64,000 nucleotides of DNA from Macrostomum lignano (GCA_002269645.1 NIVC01000769.1:1-64000); one strand, 5' to 3'. Shown: positions 12,558 through 27,701, counted from the stretch's first letter. Numbers and translations are program-made. The notes: generated from the sequence alone by a model not told the origin.

Positions 12558-12703
12558 TAAGATAATCCCCACTTGATTTCGTTTCTTTGGCCTAGGAACG
12601 GCTGAGGACTGCGTTTCTAGGCCGAGGCGAAGCGTAAATATTATAATCCCCACTTGATTTCGTTCCTAGGCCAAAGAAACGAAATCAAGTGGGGATTATC
12701 TTA
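12558..12703. mobile_element. 146-bp MITE with TA TSD
   Basis: Perfect 46-bp inverted repeat (12555-12600 / 12661-12706) including flanking TA, plus an internal third partial copy of the TIR. Confidence 0.8.
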
Positions 12704-15528
12704 TACACACACAGAGGAGATAGGCAGCTGGCCGGGCCAAAGCGGGGATTAAATGACAAATCGACAAGTTGCAAGTAACAGGAGACTATATTTAATTTTC
12801 AAGTGCTCTCCTGACCACTTGTAGACATAGACTATACGCTTTTGTGACCAAGCAATCACTGGAATGCTCTGGAGCACATTGGTGCATCCAAGCTTCACTA
12901 TCAGTTTTTGTGATCGATCAGCGTGATGCATGTTTAGCGATATTGAGGATGAGGACAATTGGTTGATTGAGCAAGCTTCCCAAACATGCAGGACCGCCCC
13001 ACTATAAAAATAATCAATCTAAAAGAAAGACTCGGCTTCTTTGTGCTTCATTTAAAATAGGGAAAATAAGTCAAAATTCAAATGACTAATAGGGATAAAA
13101 ACATCTTCGACGAGATTTAGATCATTTTTGCACATAGACATGGAATTTCGAGCGAGCACTTTCAATAGTTGTCAAGCGTTTTGTAAAAGCTGTGTCACTT
13201 AATTGTCACTTTTCTCACTTGTAGTTTTCTCATGAAATCCACCCCAGCGTTTTTCCCACCAACCATGAGGGCGGCACCACGGCCTCCTAACCCTGTGTTT
13301 CTCAATTCTACCCTGCAATGGCTTCTCTCGCGTCCCATTATTTGGCCCCCCGCTGCTCGCTCCACAATTCACTAGCTAGCTCTCTCTGTCCCTGCAAAGT
13401 CAATTCGATCAAACCCGGACAACTGAAATGTATATACGTACATGTAAAATGTATAATAAATTAATAATTCTGCTATCGACTACCGATACAGTTTAGAGTA
13501 AGGGTTGAGTGGCCGGTGTCCGCGATCAGTATCGATATATCGGCCTTTGATCCCATTGGCATGGCTATCGGCCCCGCCCTGGGCCATACATGTACATGTA
13601 CGTACATGTGCATGTTACATATACATAGCTAGCACTAGCACGGATCCTGCTCGAGAGAATTTGTCTATTGCGGTAAACTAAACGTTCAAGGACGACAAGC
13701 ACGCGTGTGCTTAAGGACACAACAGGACATGCAGAGAAGACTCGGTTCTCGGTTATCTGCTACGAACATAGGAGCTATTTATTTTTCGGCATGACTCAGT
13801 TATCTGCTACGAACATAGGAGCTTTTTATTTTTCGGCATGAAAATAGCGATAGTTTTTTCATTGGAAGCTAATGGAAAGCCCCAATTTTTTTATAAGAAA
13901 CGACGTTTCCTGTACATGTATTCTTTATTATAGTGCTTGGTTAAAGCCTCATTTAGAGCACACGCTTGAATGCATTCTCTCAATAATGAGGCTTTTAACA
14001 TTTTACCAATTCCAGAACCATGCAGAATACATGTAGGTTCCGATCTCCCAAAAAAACAATATTTAAATACTATAATTAACTTTTGTTGAATTTTTTACTG
14101 CCTTAACAGCCTCACTTTACACAATTTTGACTTTCTTCTTGGCTATTGCCATTCAATACAATGTAATTACAACTTATAGCACGTAACCCCTCTAGTTTAA
14201 GATACAGAGAGTTAATACATGTACATGCTTTGCAAATATAGGATCTGCATGATCTGCAAATACTTGAACCGGACCAATATTAAAAGGCCCAATGTAATTT
14301 GATCATGTCTTTTCCCTAAATTCAGTACTCTAGTATGCATAGTAGTAGAAATAAATAACTTTTCTACATTCACATGCATAAAATACAAATGTACATGTAT
14401 GCAGGGTCTTGGAAATGCAAACGTTTTATATAGTAAGTATGGAAAGCCCTCCGCATACAGTCAGTAATTGTCAGGCCTGTCAAATGCATGGGGCAGGGAC
14501 AACTAATCTTGTTTGATTTTTTCTCTACGTACTTTTAGTTGTCCCTGCATGGCATGGGGTAAGAGTCATAGAACCATACGGTGCAGTTACGCGTACGTGG
14601 TATATGCAGTTAGTTTATGTAAACGTACAGCTGTAGAGAAAAAATCAAACTAGATTAAAACGCAAAAATTAGGTGAGAAATATAACACATGAATAGCTGG
14701 ACAAAACTAGAAAGGAAGAAAATTCCAAAAACAGAAGGAAAGAGACAGAAACGCCCAGGTGTTACTCAAAGGGGAAACCCGTTGCTGTCAAAGTTTAACA
14801 CAGACGCGAAGAAAAGAATATAGACGTAAGCATTATTTTAAATACATTAAAAAAGTGCAAATATTCATAGTAGACAGCAACACTTTGCTGGAACAGAATT
14901 TTCTTTACAAGTTCATCAAGATAAATCGAAATTTTAATTATATAAAATTACCCAAGAATCACCGACAGCGCGACCCGCTTTTTATTATTAACATGTCAGT
15001 AGAGCACAATCACACAAACATACTGCAAGTAATTTCCTAGAATTTTTCTGCAAAAAGTGGGCTGTTTTAATAGCTGGAGCATTGACTGCATTTTAGCAAA
15101 TTATAACATGATTTTGTTTAACAAAGTATTTCGAAACCGACTTTTTTCTTACAATTCTCTGTCATCTCTGGTAAGTCTAGGCCTGACTTGGTTGGGGTCA
15201 GGAGAAAATGACATCAATCCTTTTATTGCTATATTTTGGCCATGCAGCAATCTAATGTTGGCGATGTAGTCAACATCCTAATGTCTATTGATATATCTAT
15301 ATGATGACATAAGTATTGGAATGAGAAGGGCCCATCCCATTTTTAAGTAGGGGGGGCATCAGTAGTACCTGCCCACCACTTTTGAAAAAGCTTTTGATAT
15401 ATTTTTCTTCAAATAAAGTGTTGAATTTTTATAATTTATAATCCATATAAGTATTTGTTACTTTGGATTAGTGGATTAGTGATAGGCTTAGACCCATTTA
15501 ACCATAGTCAGGAAGATGGCCTTTTTCA

Positions 15529-16570
15529 ACCTGTATAACTTTCGCCGACACATTTTCAGACAGATTTTCCGACACTTTTTTGCGACACTTAAAATGTTGC
15601 AAAAAGTGTCGGAAAAAGTGTCGCAACGGTTGGCTTTCGCTGACGCATTTTCAGACGGATCTTCCGACACATTTTACAACACTTAAAATGTCACAAAAAG
15701 TGTCGGAAAAAGTGTCGTAAAAGTTAACATTCGCCGACACATATTTTCCGACACCTAAATTAATGCTGCAGTGTCTGATGCTTTACTTCTGCCAACACAT
15801 CTTCCGACACTTAAAATGTCACTTCTTAGAGCGAGGTCATATACATATAGCTACATGTATGCACAAAGTATTTCGAAAAAGTTAGTATCCATAACGTTCG
15901 AAAATTTGGACATTAATTAGATCAAGCTTTTGATTCGGATTACTTTGGAGTGCCGTACTACGATTATCTGATATTCTGACTTCACTGGCATTTAGTATTA
16001 CGTATTTACTTAGTAATTATAGCTAGCATTTTTTTGTATTAATTTGACTGCAAATACATTTAACACTGAAAATATCATGCCCTCAATAACAATACATACT
16101 GTTTGTAATCAGAAAATGCCAACTATTACATGTACATATACATGTAATGTATATCAATTGATGCAACTAAATGATGCGCAACACTGCAGTCTGCTGCAGT
16201 ACCTTAACAAACATACATGAAGCTAACATGAATAGTACGAGCTACATGTACGATGTACATGACCTCGCTCTAAGAAGTGACATTTTAAGTGTCGGAAGAT
16301 GTGTTGGCAGAAGTAAAGCATCAGACACTGCAGCATTAATTTAGGTGTCGGAAAATATGTGTCGGCGAATGTTAACTTTTACGACACTTTTTCCGACACT
16401 TTTTGCGACATTTTAAGTGTCGTAAAATGTGTCGGAAGATCTGTCTGAAAATGTGTCGGCGAAAGTTAACCGTTGCGACACTTTTTCCGACACTTTTTGC
16501 AACATTTTAAGTGTCGCAAAAAAGTGTCGGAAAATCTGTCTGAAAATGTGTCGGCGAAAGTTATACAGGT
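15529..16570. mobile_element. Foldback/MULE-like non-autonomous DNA transposon
   Basis: 312-bp arms (15529-15840 / 16259-16570) made of CCGACAC subrepeats. Perfect 9-bp TSD CCTTTTTCA (15520-15528, 16571-16579). Confidence 0.9.
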
Positions 16571-17171
16571 CCTTTTTCATGGAAAATTCTAGTGCAAAAA
16601 GGCATTGAATGTGTGCCATACAAGCACATTTTGCCACAACAGCAGGCAGCAAGGAGGAGGGGAATCTGGTGCAATATAGTGTAAGACAGTTTAGGCCTAA
16701 GACAAATTTTGGTATAATTTGGTCTTAGTGCAAGACAAAACCTTTTAGTCAGACAATATTTTTGCAAATAGCTTTTTCAATTAAATGTTAACATTGTATT
16801 TTCTTTGAAAAGAATTCAAATATAAGTTTTATTGGTTTTTGTCAGTTTTTATAAAATTATAAGGCATTTTATTAAGTAAAAAAGTTATATTGGCTTTTTA
16901 AAACTTTGAATGTAAATCTAAATGTCAATTGGAAAATGAATATATATTTATGCTCCTATATTTTTATAAAAATGTTTATGACATATAGTGCAATAAACTT
17001 ATTTGATAAGATTTGTTGTGAGGCAAGGTGCAATCAAACTTTTTTGATAAGATTTATTGTAATATAGGTATGCCATGATCTTAACTATGGTGATAGACCA
17101 AATATAGATTTATAGAAAGGCAAAAATCAACATTAAATTTATAACAACGCATTTCACACAAAACTGTGCAT

Positions 17172-18347
17172 TAGGGGGCGACCCAGTCCCAGGCCTGGGC
17201 CCGAAAAGTCGGGAATCCTGACCAAAATTGTGGCCCGACCTGGGCCCAGGCCCGACCCTATAAGAGTCGGGAAATCGGGACAAGTCTTTTTTCCCTAAAG
17301 GCACTAACCGCATGCAAATTGCACTTTTTTGCAATATTGATTCCACTTTACACGCTGCAGGCTGCAGCCTAAAAGCAAAAATATGATTCTTTAAAAAGTT
17401 GATTTGTCATTTTTAAGCTTTTGTAAATAACATTTCCTATTTACATTCTAAGAAGTACCTATTAAGGGCCAAGGCTACCATTTTTCCAAGAAGTTTGCTA
17501 TCTATCAGAGTTTGTAATTGTGTTCATATTTGTATCGTATTCATAGGTAGTCGTAGTCATAGACTCATAGTATCATATTCATAATCATATTTGTTTAGGT
17601 AGGTAGGTGAGCAGGTAGGCAGGTATCAGCTAATTACTTGTATTTCCATTGTCTGTTTGCCTATTCTGTTGAGACAGTTGAGTGTTGTGTTGTCACTTCA
17701 TTTGTGTTCTGTTCTGTTGTCTTGTCTTGTTGTCTTACTGAATACTGACTGTGTACATGGCTCTTTACATTGAAGCTATGTAAAGGAACTAAAAATTCAA
17801 ATAAAAGAATCAATCAATTGATTTGGTTCTTACTTCCTTACTGCTTCCAATGCCAAGTGCCTTACACTTAATGCTTTAGCTTTTCTTCTTTTTGCTTACT
17901 GCCACTGCCAGTGCCAGCCGCACTGCCGCAGTGCCTGCTTGCCTACCTCACTGCCTGTTAGTGTCAGTGTCACTGGCACACACACAGTACTTGTGCCACA
18001 CAGTGACATTGAATTTGAACTATTGAGTATATTGATATTTGAGTATTAAGTCTTTTAATGTAACTCTTATCTATTCTGAAGTCTTAACTAATGTATTAAA
18101 TAATAATAATATTTATTATATATTTAATATATTTATATATTATCATATATTTAATGTTTATCATATATTTATTATATTTTAAAAGTAATCCGCATATGCT
18201 AAAAGTATTAAGATTTATTATGATTTTTTTCCAATTATTGAGCTGTCCTAAAGATCTTGTCCCGAATTCCCGAGGCCCGACCCAGGCCCGAGTCCTCATT
18301 CCCGGGCCTGACCTGGGCCCAACTTTGGCCATCCCGGTTGCCCCCTA
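17172..18347. mobile_element. Non-autonomous hAT element
   Basis: TAGGGGGC(G/A)ACC termini and GC-rich subterminal GGGCC(C/T)G motifs. Perfect 8-bp TSD CTGTGCAT (17164-17171, 18348-18355). Confidence 0.9.
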
Positions 18348-19095
18348 CTGTGCATCTTCAGGCTAGGTTTATTTTTGAGCAGAAAAAACGAGTGAGAACG
18401 GCAATAAATACAACATTTTTGGGGTTGTAAATTCAATCAGTATTTAATATTTGATATTCAAAGTACATGTTTATTAGTCCAAAAGCCAAGAGGCAAAGTC
18501 CAGGGACGGAATGGTAGTCGAAATAGTTAGAAGTATAATAATGTATATCCAGTGCCCCCTCCCTCAGAACACACGGAAGACATGTTTGGATAGATTTTTT
18601 CAAAACCAAATCTAAATATACAAAAAATTGAAATTAAAATCAAAATAATAAAATATCTCTAAATACATTTCTAAATATAAGCACAAAGTTAAAATTAAAC
18701 AGTGGGAATGACTATAAAACTTTTATGAAAAATACCTTATCATCTAATTAATGATCTAATTAGTGCCCCATAAATTGACTAACAAGATTCTATTTGTCTA
18801 AGGCTTATACTATATTTATATTTAAAAGCACATTTAGAAATTAAAAAAATTCTAAATGTAAAACTTTTTTTCTAGAAAAGTGAAACATTTTTGGATTTAG
18901 AATATTCAGTTAAATCACTACTTTGGATTAGCAATTAATTGATTATAAAAAGTGAATCATGATCATAGACATCAAAACAAAAAGAGCATAGCTTATCACT
19001 TTTTAAAGTATGAAGGCATCAATGATAGTTGCCCATTCTTTATTTTTTATTTTTTATTCTGATATCTATTGAGATATCCTTACAATATTCTATTC

Positions 19096-19370
19096 CATAC
19101 ATGCGCAACTGCTGGCCAACCTGGCCGATCTGGCTACCATAAATTGTGGTAGACCAGGGGTAAGTTGCAAAAATGCTACCCCAAAGAATACGGATGTAGT
19201 ACTAATTAAATGCCGAGGCATTTAGGCCTGATAAGACAGTCATAGTTACTTCTGCCGTTTACCCGAAACTGCATTAATTTTGCTTTAGGTTTCTTACACA
19301 GGTAAGTCGCATTTTTGGTCAAAAAGTAAGTCGCATGGCCAGTGCAAATCAGGGGAGTTGCGCATGTATG
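19096..19370. mobile_element. 275-bp MITE (hAT or P superfamily)
   Basis: 15-bp TIR CATACATGCGCAACT. Perfect 8-bp TSD TTCTATTC (19088-19095, 19371-19378). Confidence 0.88.
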
Positions 19371-21213
19371 TTCTATTCTATCTCTTTTAATCCCAGATTG
19401 CTATCATACTCTTAGCAGCATATAGTTATCCCCTTTGCAGTCTAAAGCCTTTATTAACATTAAGAATTTATCATTTCAACAGCCTAAATTTTTCTTCTTA
19501 GCAAACCACAATAATTCACTTAGTAACTCATAGTTGCATTAATCCCTCATAAAACTGCATTTAATCTTCCATTATTACTATCCACTCAAAACTATAACTA
19601 TCCTCCTTAAGTCTGTCATTATCCTCAAAATAGTCTATAGTTATCCCTTAGCAGTTGGCAGCTATGCATTCATAGGTATAGAGGAACTGCCTTAGCATTT
19701 TGCAGTTTTCCCCTTTGAAGTCTACAATGATCTTTTCAACAATCTGCAGATCTCCTTAATAGTCTATAGTCCATTTGCAGCCTACAACAGTTCCCTTAAA
19801 AATTCTCATTTATCCTCTCAGTAGTCTGCAATTTTCCTCTCAGCCAGCTTTTTAGACTCTTTAGCAAATAGTAATGATCCTTAGAATGATCTAAAAATTT
19901 TGAATGAAAATTTAGTATGACTTACTTTTCTATTTTTATATATATTGGCAATCTAGCACAACTTAGCATTTAGCAGTACCTTCAACAGTTTAGCAATATC
20001 ATTTGTAGTTTAGCAATTTCATTACTAATGGGCAATACCCATTAATTCAATTAGAAATGTTCAAAGCAGTTTTTTACAAGTCAAATTTGCTTAGCAACTT
20101 GTGCCAAATAGCAAAAATAATTCATAATTCATCAAACAATAATTTTCTAATTAGTTGAGGCACAAGCTACAAATATATGAATTAATTTAATTTTAAATGT
20201 CTGCTAGAAAGTTTATTCAAACCTGGGACCCTATGCCTAGCCTAAACTTAACCCCAGTGCCTACAATAAGGCTATTCCACCTATTGATTTGAGGGCAAGA
20301 AAATTAGCCTCATATGCTGTGGCACAGCAATCAAGTATATAATAGTAACAGATTACTTTTGTATGCACAGGTTGTGTGTAGGCAGAAGCAATGCATAGTT
20401 AAATGAAATATATAAATAGCAATTGTCTATACAGTCTACTAGTCAGCCAAGGTCAGAATATACATATGCAGCAACTGAGTATTTTTCTTTCCCTTGCACA
20501 CTATAGCTAGTATTGAGGCCTACACAATGAAAAGAAAAAAGTTGTATTGAAATCTTAAGTGTAATTGCAATTCAGTCAATAAAGTTTCTTATAATGCATT
20601 TTAAGTAAAAAAATTGTTTCACCCTTGCAAAAAAGCATGTTTTTGAAATATTTAAACATCTTCCTATTCAATTTTTTAATTTTATAAGAATTTCTATTTG
20701 AATAAAACAAGTTTGAAAAAATTGATTTAGGCATTCAGGCATGAGACTGAAATACCAGTTAGATAGATCTTAGAGATTTGTATAATGTATATTATATCAT
20801 TGTGACTTGCCAATTCCAACCCCCTTGGGGTTTTCTATCCTCACTCTATCCCTTGGTTGTTCCACACAAAACAATTCTACGTCTGTCTATATCATGAAAA
20901 TTTCTACCATAGCATTATATGATGTCTTTTTTATTCAGTCTGCCAATAAGTAAACATGTCACAATTGTAGTATTTTCTAAACAAATGTGTTTATTTTTAT
21001 TTTTATTGAATTATTCTTTTTGCTGTTCCATTATTTAAAACATGAGAACACGCAGTCCTTATTTAAAACATGAGAAAACAAATTGACCAAGCATCAAAAG
21101 CAAATTTTCATACTTTTATCATTTTCGCATATTAGGCACCCAAATCTGTCTCCTGGCAAATTTTTCATAAAAATAGAACACTCAGAATTATTTTATTTAT
21201 ATACCTAAAGTTT

Positions 21214-23282
21214 ATGGCGTCTAGCAAGGTAACATATATTCCCGAATCTGTAGTCTATATATGTAGTCTTCCAAAATAGCCCCATTTGTCATATACTCAT
21301 TAAAGCAGCTAAAAGTGAGCACAGTAAAAAAAAGCTGGTTTTCCCATTGTTTCACCAGGTGCGTCAATTCAGCCAGTATGCCACTGCAAGTGTGTCGCCA
21401 TCAATCGCAAAAGTGCCCGAGGCCCGTATTAGCCAACTGGAGAATGGAATGCGCGTCGCATCTGAGAACTGGGGCACGCCAACATGTACTGTAGGCGTAT
21501 GGGTTGACGCTGGCAGTAGATTTGAGACGGACTACACCAATGGAGCTGCGCACTTCCTAGAGCACATGGCATTCAAAGGCACGCGCAGTAGATCCCAGCA
21601 AGATATCGAGCTGGACGTTGAAAACCGCGGTGCACATCTCAATGCATACACTTCACGCGAAATGACAGTTTACTATGCGAAGTGCTTTAGCCGAGATCTA
21701 CCTTGGGCTGTGGCTATTCTGGCTGATATATTGCGTAATTCTACATTTGAGGAGGCCCAAATCGAGCGCGAGCGAGGTGTCATTTTGAGGGAGATGCAAG
21801 AAGTCGAAACTAATCTGCAGGAAGTGGTATTTGACTATCTTCACGCTGTGGCATACCAGGTGTGTCCTTTTTCCAGATTGTGCGGTTGTTTCATATTATA
21901 ACCAGTTTTTAAAAGAATGTGGTAATGCATCTGATATGCCTTTTCAAAAAAATTATGCAAGCGGAAGTCTACTTAGTCGAGATCAACCATATTGCTGTGT
22001 CACTATAGGACTGAAAAATCACAGCTGAACTCTCACTAATCTTGCTGCTTCTCATAGCTCTTGAGATGAGATTATTGAGATCTCAATAATCTTGCTACTT
22101 GCAATTTCATCGAAACTATTAAAGTGATTGTCATAAGCATCTTAGAATTTTACCTATGTGATAACTAAATAGCAGTGGTTAAAACTATTCTCTAACCCAT
22201 GCATCCCACAGAGTACCCCTCTATCGCGCACTATCCTCGGCCCGGTAGAAAATGTAAAATCTCTTCGTCGGCAAGATCTTCAGCAATATGTTGCCGACCA
22301 CTACAGACCCCAGCGCATGGTGGTGGCCGCGGCTGGGGCCATCGACCATACGGAACTTAATGACCTGTGCCGGCGCCACTTTGGCAGTATGCCAGCTGTA
22401 GAGGCTTCACCAGGAGCAGTGGACCAGACGCCAGTTCGCTTCAGCGGCTCTAGCATTCTTGATCCTGATGATCAGCTGCCATTCGCTCACGTTGCATTAG
22501 CTGTTGAAGGTCCCGGTTGGAGTAGTGCCGATACGGTGCCGCTGATGCTGGCCTCAGCCTACATTGGCTCATGGGATCGAGCGCAGGGTGGAGGCAGCGG
22601 CAGCGGTGGCTCCGCCGCTGCCAGGCTTGCAAAGCGAGCACGGGATACGTATGGCGGCGGTGTTCTCTCCTACCAGAGCTTTTTCACCTGCTATACCGAC
22701 ACCTCACTTTGGGGTATGCACGCTGTGGCCAATAAAGAATCAGTTGGTCGATTTCTAGCTGATTTTCAGGTAATTTGCACTGATTTCTGTCTAGTTTTTT
22801 CTGCTTTTTAATTTTATATAATATATGTAAGTGATTCCTCTAAATGTAAGTTAAGAGTATTGTAAAACGAATTAGCATTTAGGAGGTTAATGCAGTTGGG
22901 AATCTAGTGGCTATTGCATTTGTGCGACTATCTAATAAAGCACCATTTTTAAATAAAGGCTGACTGGCGCCGACTGGCCAGAGGCATCGAGCCTGCCGAC
23001 CTGGCTTGTACTCGTGACGCACTGCTGACCAGCCTGTACCTGCAGCTGGACGGCACCACGCCAGCCTGCGAAGAGCTCGGACGGCACGTTCTCTGCTATG
23101 GCCGGCGTGTGCCGCTGGCCGAGCTGGAGGAGCGCATCATGCGTGTCACTCCGGAGTCGCTTGCTGAAGTGGTGGGCCAGTACGTGTATGATCGCTGCCC
23201 GGCCCTGGCCGCTGTTGGACCGACTGGTGATTTGCCAGACTATGCGGTCATCAGACGGGGTATGTTTTCCGGTGACAAATAA
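21214..23282 (+). CDS. PMPCB: Mitochondrial processing peptidase beta subunit / cytochrome bc1 core 1 (M16 peptidase)
   Basis: Exons 21214-21228, 21359-21859, 22212-22769, 22959-23282, all GT-AG and phase 0, giving a continuous frame. Contains the HFLEH zinc motif, [21 protein letters not shown] and C-terminal LDGTTP.CEELGR.VLCYGRR.P. Confidence 0.93.
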
Positions 23283-23559
23283 CCTCAGTTGACTGTATTA
23301 CCGCTAGCATATCCAGTGTCAGCTATGTATTGTGTATAATATAAGCAAATGTTTCGCTTGCGCCCACGAAAACAGCCTCACTGTACGAAGGCTCTTGAAA
23401 TTTTAGGAAAGAACGCTATTTTAGTTTTCTTTGGCATGATGTCCGCGTAAACTATCTATGTGTGTGCATTGTTAATAAAACAATTTAAAATTGTGGCATT
23501 GAAAATTAAGGACAAAAGGCAAATTAAGAGATTTTAAAGATTAACAGCTAATCAAAATA

Positions 23560-24752
23560 CGAGGGGTGTCCAGAAAGTTCTTTTAATCTGACAGTAATAG
23601 CTGCAAGCACAAATTTGGTGTCATATTAAAGCGGCACATCTCTTCTTTCCGATGATTTCAGTCGCGTGTATTTTGGTCATTTCATTCAAAATTTATGTAT
23701 GAAAAACCATTGCAATGTTACTGATAGTCTTACAGTAAAAGTTTAAAAAAAACCCGTCACGCGGCGGAGGGTTGCTTTCACAAACTTCACAAGCTCGAAA
23801 TTTCATATCCTCGAAAACCATTTTAGCAGCCGACTTCACAAGCTCGAAATTTCATATCCTCGAAAACCATTTTAGCAGCCGACTTCACAAGCTCGAAATT
23901 TCACAACCTCGAAAATGTACTGTCTATCTTAGTGTCTTAGTGTCTGTCTGTCTGTTTGTCTGTCTGAGCTTAACCCACAGTTTCGAGAATATGAAATTTC
24001 GAGCTTGTGAAGTCGGCTGCTAGAATGGTTTTCGAGGTTTTGAAATTTCGAGCTTGTGAAGTCGGCTGCTAGAATGGTTTTCGAGGTTTTGAAATTTCGA
24101 GCTTGTGAAGTCGCTTGCTAAAATTTTCGAGGATATGAAATTTCGAGCTTATGAAGTTTCGGGTTTGTGAATGAAAGGAAGTGCTTTTCGAGGTTGTGAA
24201 ATTTCGAGCTTGTGAAGCGACCCCGCGGCGGAGGGGGGGCGGAGGAGAGGTGGGCGAAGGGAGAGGGGTGGGGTTAACACACTCTACACTGAGGCCCACG
24301 GAGCAGGTCCAGTGTAAAGTAGACATCATTTATCATCATCATCAACGTTTAAGGCAGCCTTCTCAACATAGTCTCAACCTGTAGCAACACACTTTTCCCA
24401 GCACTCAAACATTCCGTGCCTTCGGCTTCTTTCGATTGCACACTTATGATGCTGTTTATAATCACAAAAATAAAAAAACACTTGACTAATCAAAATTTCG
24501 CAAGGTTTGCGACTAAGTTATGTACTTCACCATGCATTAGTCTCTACTGTACTGAGTGTCTATTGTAAGACAATTAGTGGTATTGCAATTGGTTTTTTAT
24601 ACATAAATTTTTAATGAAATGACCAAAATAAATTCGACTGAATTCATTGCAAGGAAGATATGTCCCGCTTTAAAATGACACTAAAGCTGTGCTTGCAGCT
24701 GCTACTGTTTTCGCTCTGGGATTAAGTGTTAGAACTTTCCGGACACCCCTCG
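23560..24752. mobile_element. Non-autonomous mariner-like element
   Basis: TA-CGAGGGGTGTCC(A/G)GAAAGTTCT termini, degenerate ~190-bp inverted arms, TA TSDs at 23558-59 and 24753-54. Confidence 0.85.
23769..24223. mobile_element. MULE/foldback MITE nested in the mariner element
   Basis: GGGT(T/C)GC termini, 49-bp tandem units inverted between arms, 9-bp TSD CGCGGCGGA (23760-23768, 24224-24232). Confidence 0.85.
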
Positions 24753-26676
24753 TACAAAGAGTTTGCTGATTTGAAATGTTTCACATGCATGTATCGCATG
24801 TGATTGCTGTTGCTTAGCGAAACGCGTTTGCACAGGGAGAATGAATAGACTAATGTTCATGCTCAACAATAACTTCGATGTGCATCGCTTGAACGTATCA
24901 ACTTGTCATCGCTAAGATCCTTAAACTGAAATACAGCGTCAAGTTTTCATGATTTCTGCTAAATTTTCCAACTATTTCGATCTTTTGATTGTTCCTTGGA
25001 TTTCAGTTTATTTTGTTACTTTGCTTGTGGAAGAGGTTGCCTCGAAAAGGAAGTTCTAAAACTTTGTCGAAGAAATATTAAGTTTAAGTTCAAAGTTCAA
25101 TAATGCATTAAGTAGGCCAAGTGCAGTACAAGACCTTGCTTGATACTGTAGTTATAATAGGACGTAAAACTCAAAGGTGTAATGTTAATAATGAGAGGCC
25201 AATTTCGTTAATAAAATGGACTGCGGAGATAGGAAAAAATATTTCTTTCATAAAAAAATCAATGATTGCATTGGATCTGGGACGGTGACGATTTTCTTTT
25301 TATTTACCATGCACAACATATTACTCTGTCATAATTTTATATACGATTAGTTGTGCAGTGAGTTTCATGTTCGTATTGTTTTTAATTTTATTTCATAAGC
25401 CCAAGCCAAAGTTGTAAATACTTACAAGTGAAATTTTTGTTCTTTTCCTACTAAAATTGTTCCATGCAGGTACTCTTAAACCATTATGGTAGGTAAGATT
25501 GAATTTAAATGCATATTAGTAGCTATTCCTAGACCTGTCTAAATAATTAAATGTATTTAAAAGTTTACCAATATCATTTTTCATATTGTTGACCCAGTCT
25601 TCAGAAAGATACCAATTTTAAGCCAAGGCCTTGCTTGAGACTAAGAGTACCAGCATGCAAGTTTTATTACAAATATACTTGATTTAAAAAATAATTCACT
25701 TGTAAGTATTTACAACTTTTGCTTGTGCTTATGAAATAAAAGTAAAGCAATATAAAAACGAACTTCCTTTCACTGCCCAACTATATCAAATACAATAGAG
25801 TAACATGTGCATGTTAAATAGTAATTTTCACTGCCCCAGATCAAATGCATTCATTGATTTTGATGAAAAAAGATTTTTTTCTGTCTCCGCAGTGTATTTT
25901 TTCCAAGAAATTCACAATGAGTTTTGCGTCCAGTTACAGCTACGAAGTACTACAGTGGTCCTTGGCATGTTGTCCCACTCGACCGCGCACTTGTGCCATG
26001 TCTTGCTGCGGTAAGAAAAATTATCTGCCCGGTTATCTTTTGCGTTGCAGCGAAAGCATCCATTTTGGAGTCTGTGCCTTTTCAGGTAACTCCTTGAGGC
26101 TGCTTCCAGTGCTCCCAAACTGCAGATCCAATAAGACACTGTTGCAATAGGTTATTCCTAGGAGGCCGACGAAAAATCAGTTTCGTCGCTTGTATTGCCT
26201 CTTGAAGAAACGCGCCGCAGAAATGTGGCAGCTACGAGCGTACATGTACATATAGTGTTGTAACTTCCGTGGATTTGCAAGAAAGCCACATATTCACCTT
26301 TGTGATACTAATCTCTCGACAACTTTAGGCGTGAGAATTGAAATGTTCCCTCAACGATCTTTTTTACTTTGGTCATCGTACATGTAGATTGTCTAGATGT
26401 AGGACACATCCTTAAGTTTGTTTGGCGATAGGATGTTCTGAAGATCAAGCTGCTAGCAATCGTTTCGATGATTCACTCTCTTCTGCGCCTTGTCAGAACT
26501 TTAGAAACAACGAAGAACAGTTGAGGCACTCTTCAATTTGTAGGCCTCCCGTAAGTAATTCCGATTGGAACTCTATCTTACTCGTCGCCATTGTAACGTT
26601 TTCTACTTCTACGAGTATAAAGACTCCAGTTGAAGTAAACTCGTTATTGAAGAAACGGAAGCATTTCGTAAAAATA

Positions 26677-27701
26677 TACCTTTCTGCAATCTAGTTAGCC
26701 AAAACTGCACGATCAATTTGGCCAGGGATAGGAAATCCTTCGCTTTCGCGAGTTGGCTCACCCAGTTGAGCTGAGCTAAAAGCCATAGACAGTGTAAACT
26801 GCAACCAATTTGGCCTAAACTGCGATCAAGTTGGCCCAGCCAGATCGATCGCATTCGCTAGTCGACGCCTTTCAAGTTAAACTTAGAGCCATAGATAACT
26901 TCGTTTGTGTCCGGCTGTACTGCTATTATTGCACTCTATTTCTCTAAGCAGCAACCTTAATTCGGCCTTTAATCGGTGATCACATCTACATGTACCATAG
27001 CTGAAATCGGAAATCGCAGACTATGGCTCAGAGAAGCCCATGCATGAAAATCTCGACTCTGGATCGCCAGAGGTTGGTGAGCGCCTTTGAAAATGGAAAA
27101 GACTGGCGAATTCTCGGCCGGCTCTTGGGAATCGCACGGAAAACAGTTACAAACACTATTTTGAGACTTTCGCAGCAGCTGGCGCATCGGCACTCTGCCT
27201 CGAGGTGTCAGGCGTTCGTCCCTTAGCAAAGCCATGATCGACAGCATCTGCACCTTAGTCGGCAACATTCCAACAGCCACGCTAGAGCAGATGAAAGGTC
27301 ACCTCGCGCAAGAATTCCCTGCTGCCCAAAATGTGAACCTGACAACCATCAGCCGAGCTCTAAATAGCAGATTTATCACTATTAAACTGCTCCGAGGTGC
27401 CACAGAACTGGAACAACGAAATTACGGAGGCAACGAAAATGCATGTAGAGTGGCTGCTTGGTGACGGAAGCCTAAGCCATCTACAGTACATGGACGAATT
27501 TGGCATCAATCTTTGGACAGCAGAACATGTCGCTTCTTTCTTATTCTACCCACATACAATAAAATTGCGTTGGCCAACTTAATCGCAGTTTAGGCCAAAT
27601 TGGTCGCAGTATTTCTATGGCTTTCAGCTCAGCTGGGTAAGCGGAAGGATTTCCTATCCCTGGCCAAATTGATCGCAGTTTTGGCAGATTGCTAAAAGGT
27701 A
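26677..27701 (+). mobile_element. IS630/Tc1 superfamily (ISRm11-like) deletion derivative with transposase N-terminal remnant
   Basis: TA-TACCTTT...AAAGGTA-TA termini with ~150-bp imperfect inverted arms. Frameshifted ORF pieces 27023-27582 encode two HTH-like regions and the first catalytic motif YMDEFGINLWT. Confidence 0.85.

Noticed and set aside
12469-13247. hAT-like ends CAGGGTGGATTTCATGA
   Set aside because: Right terminus imperfect and no 8-bp TSD.
25912-26139. Possible Gypsy gag zinc-knuckle remnant (CFRCNAKD...HKC)
   Set aside because: Key Cys/His residues are missing and there are no other retroelement domains nearby.
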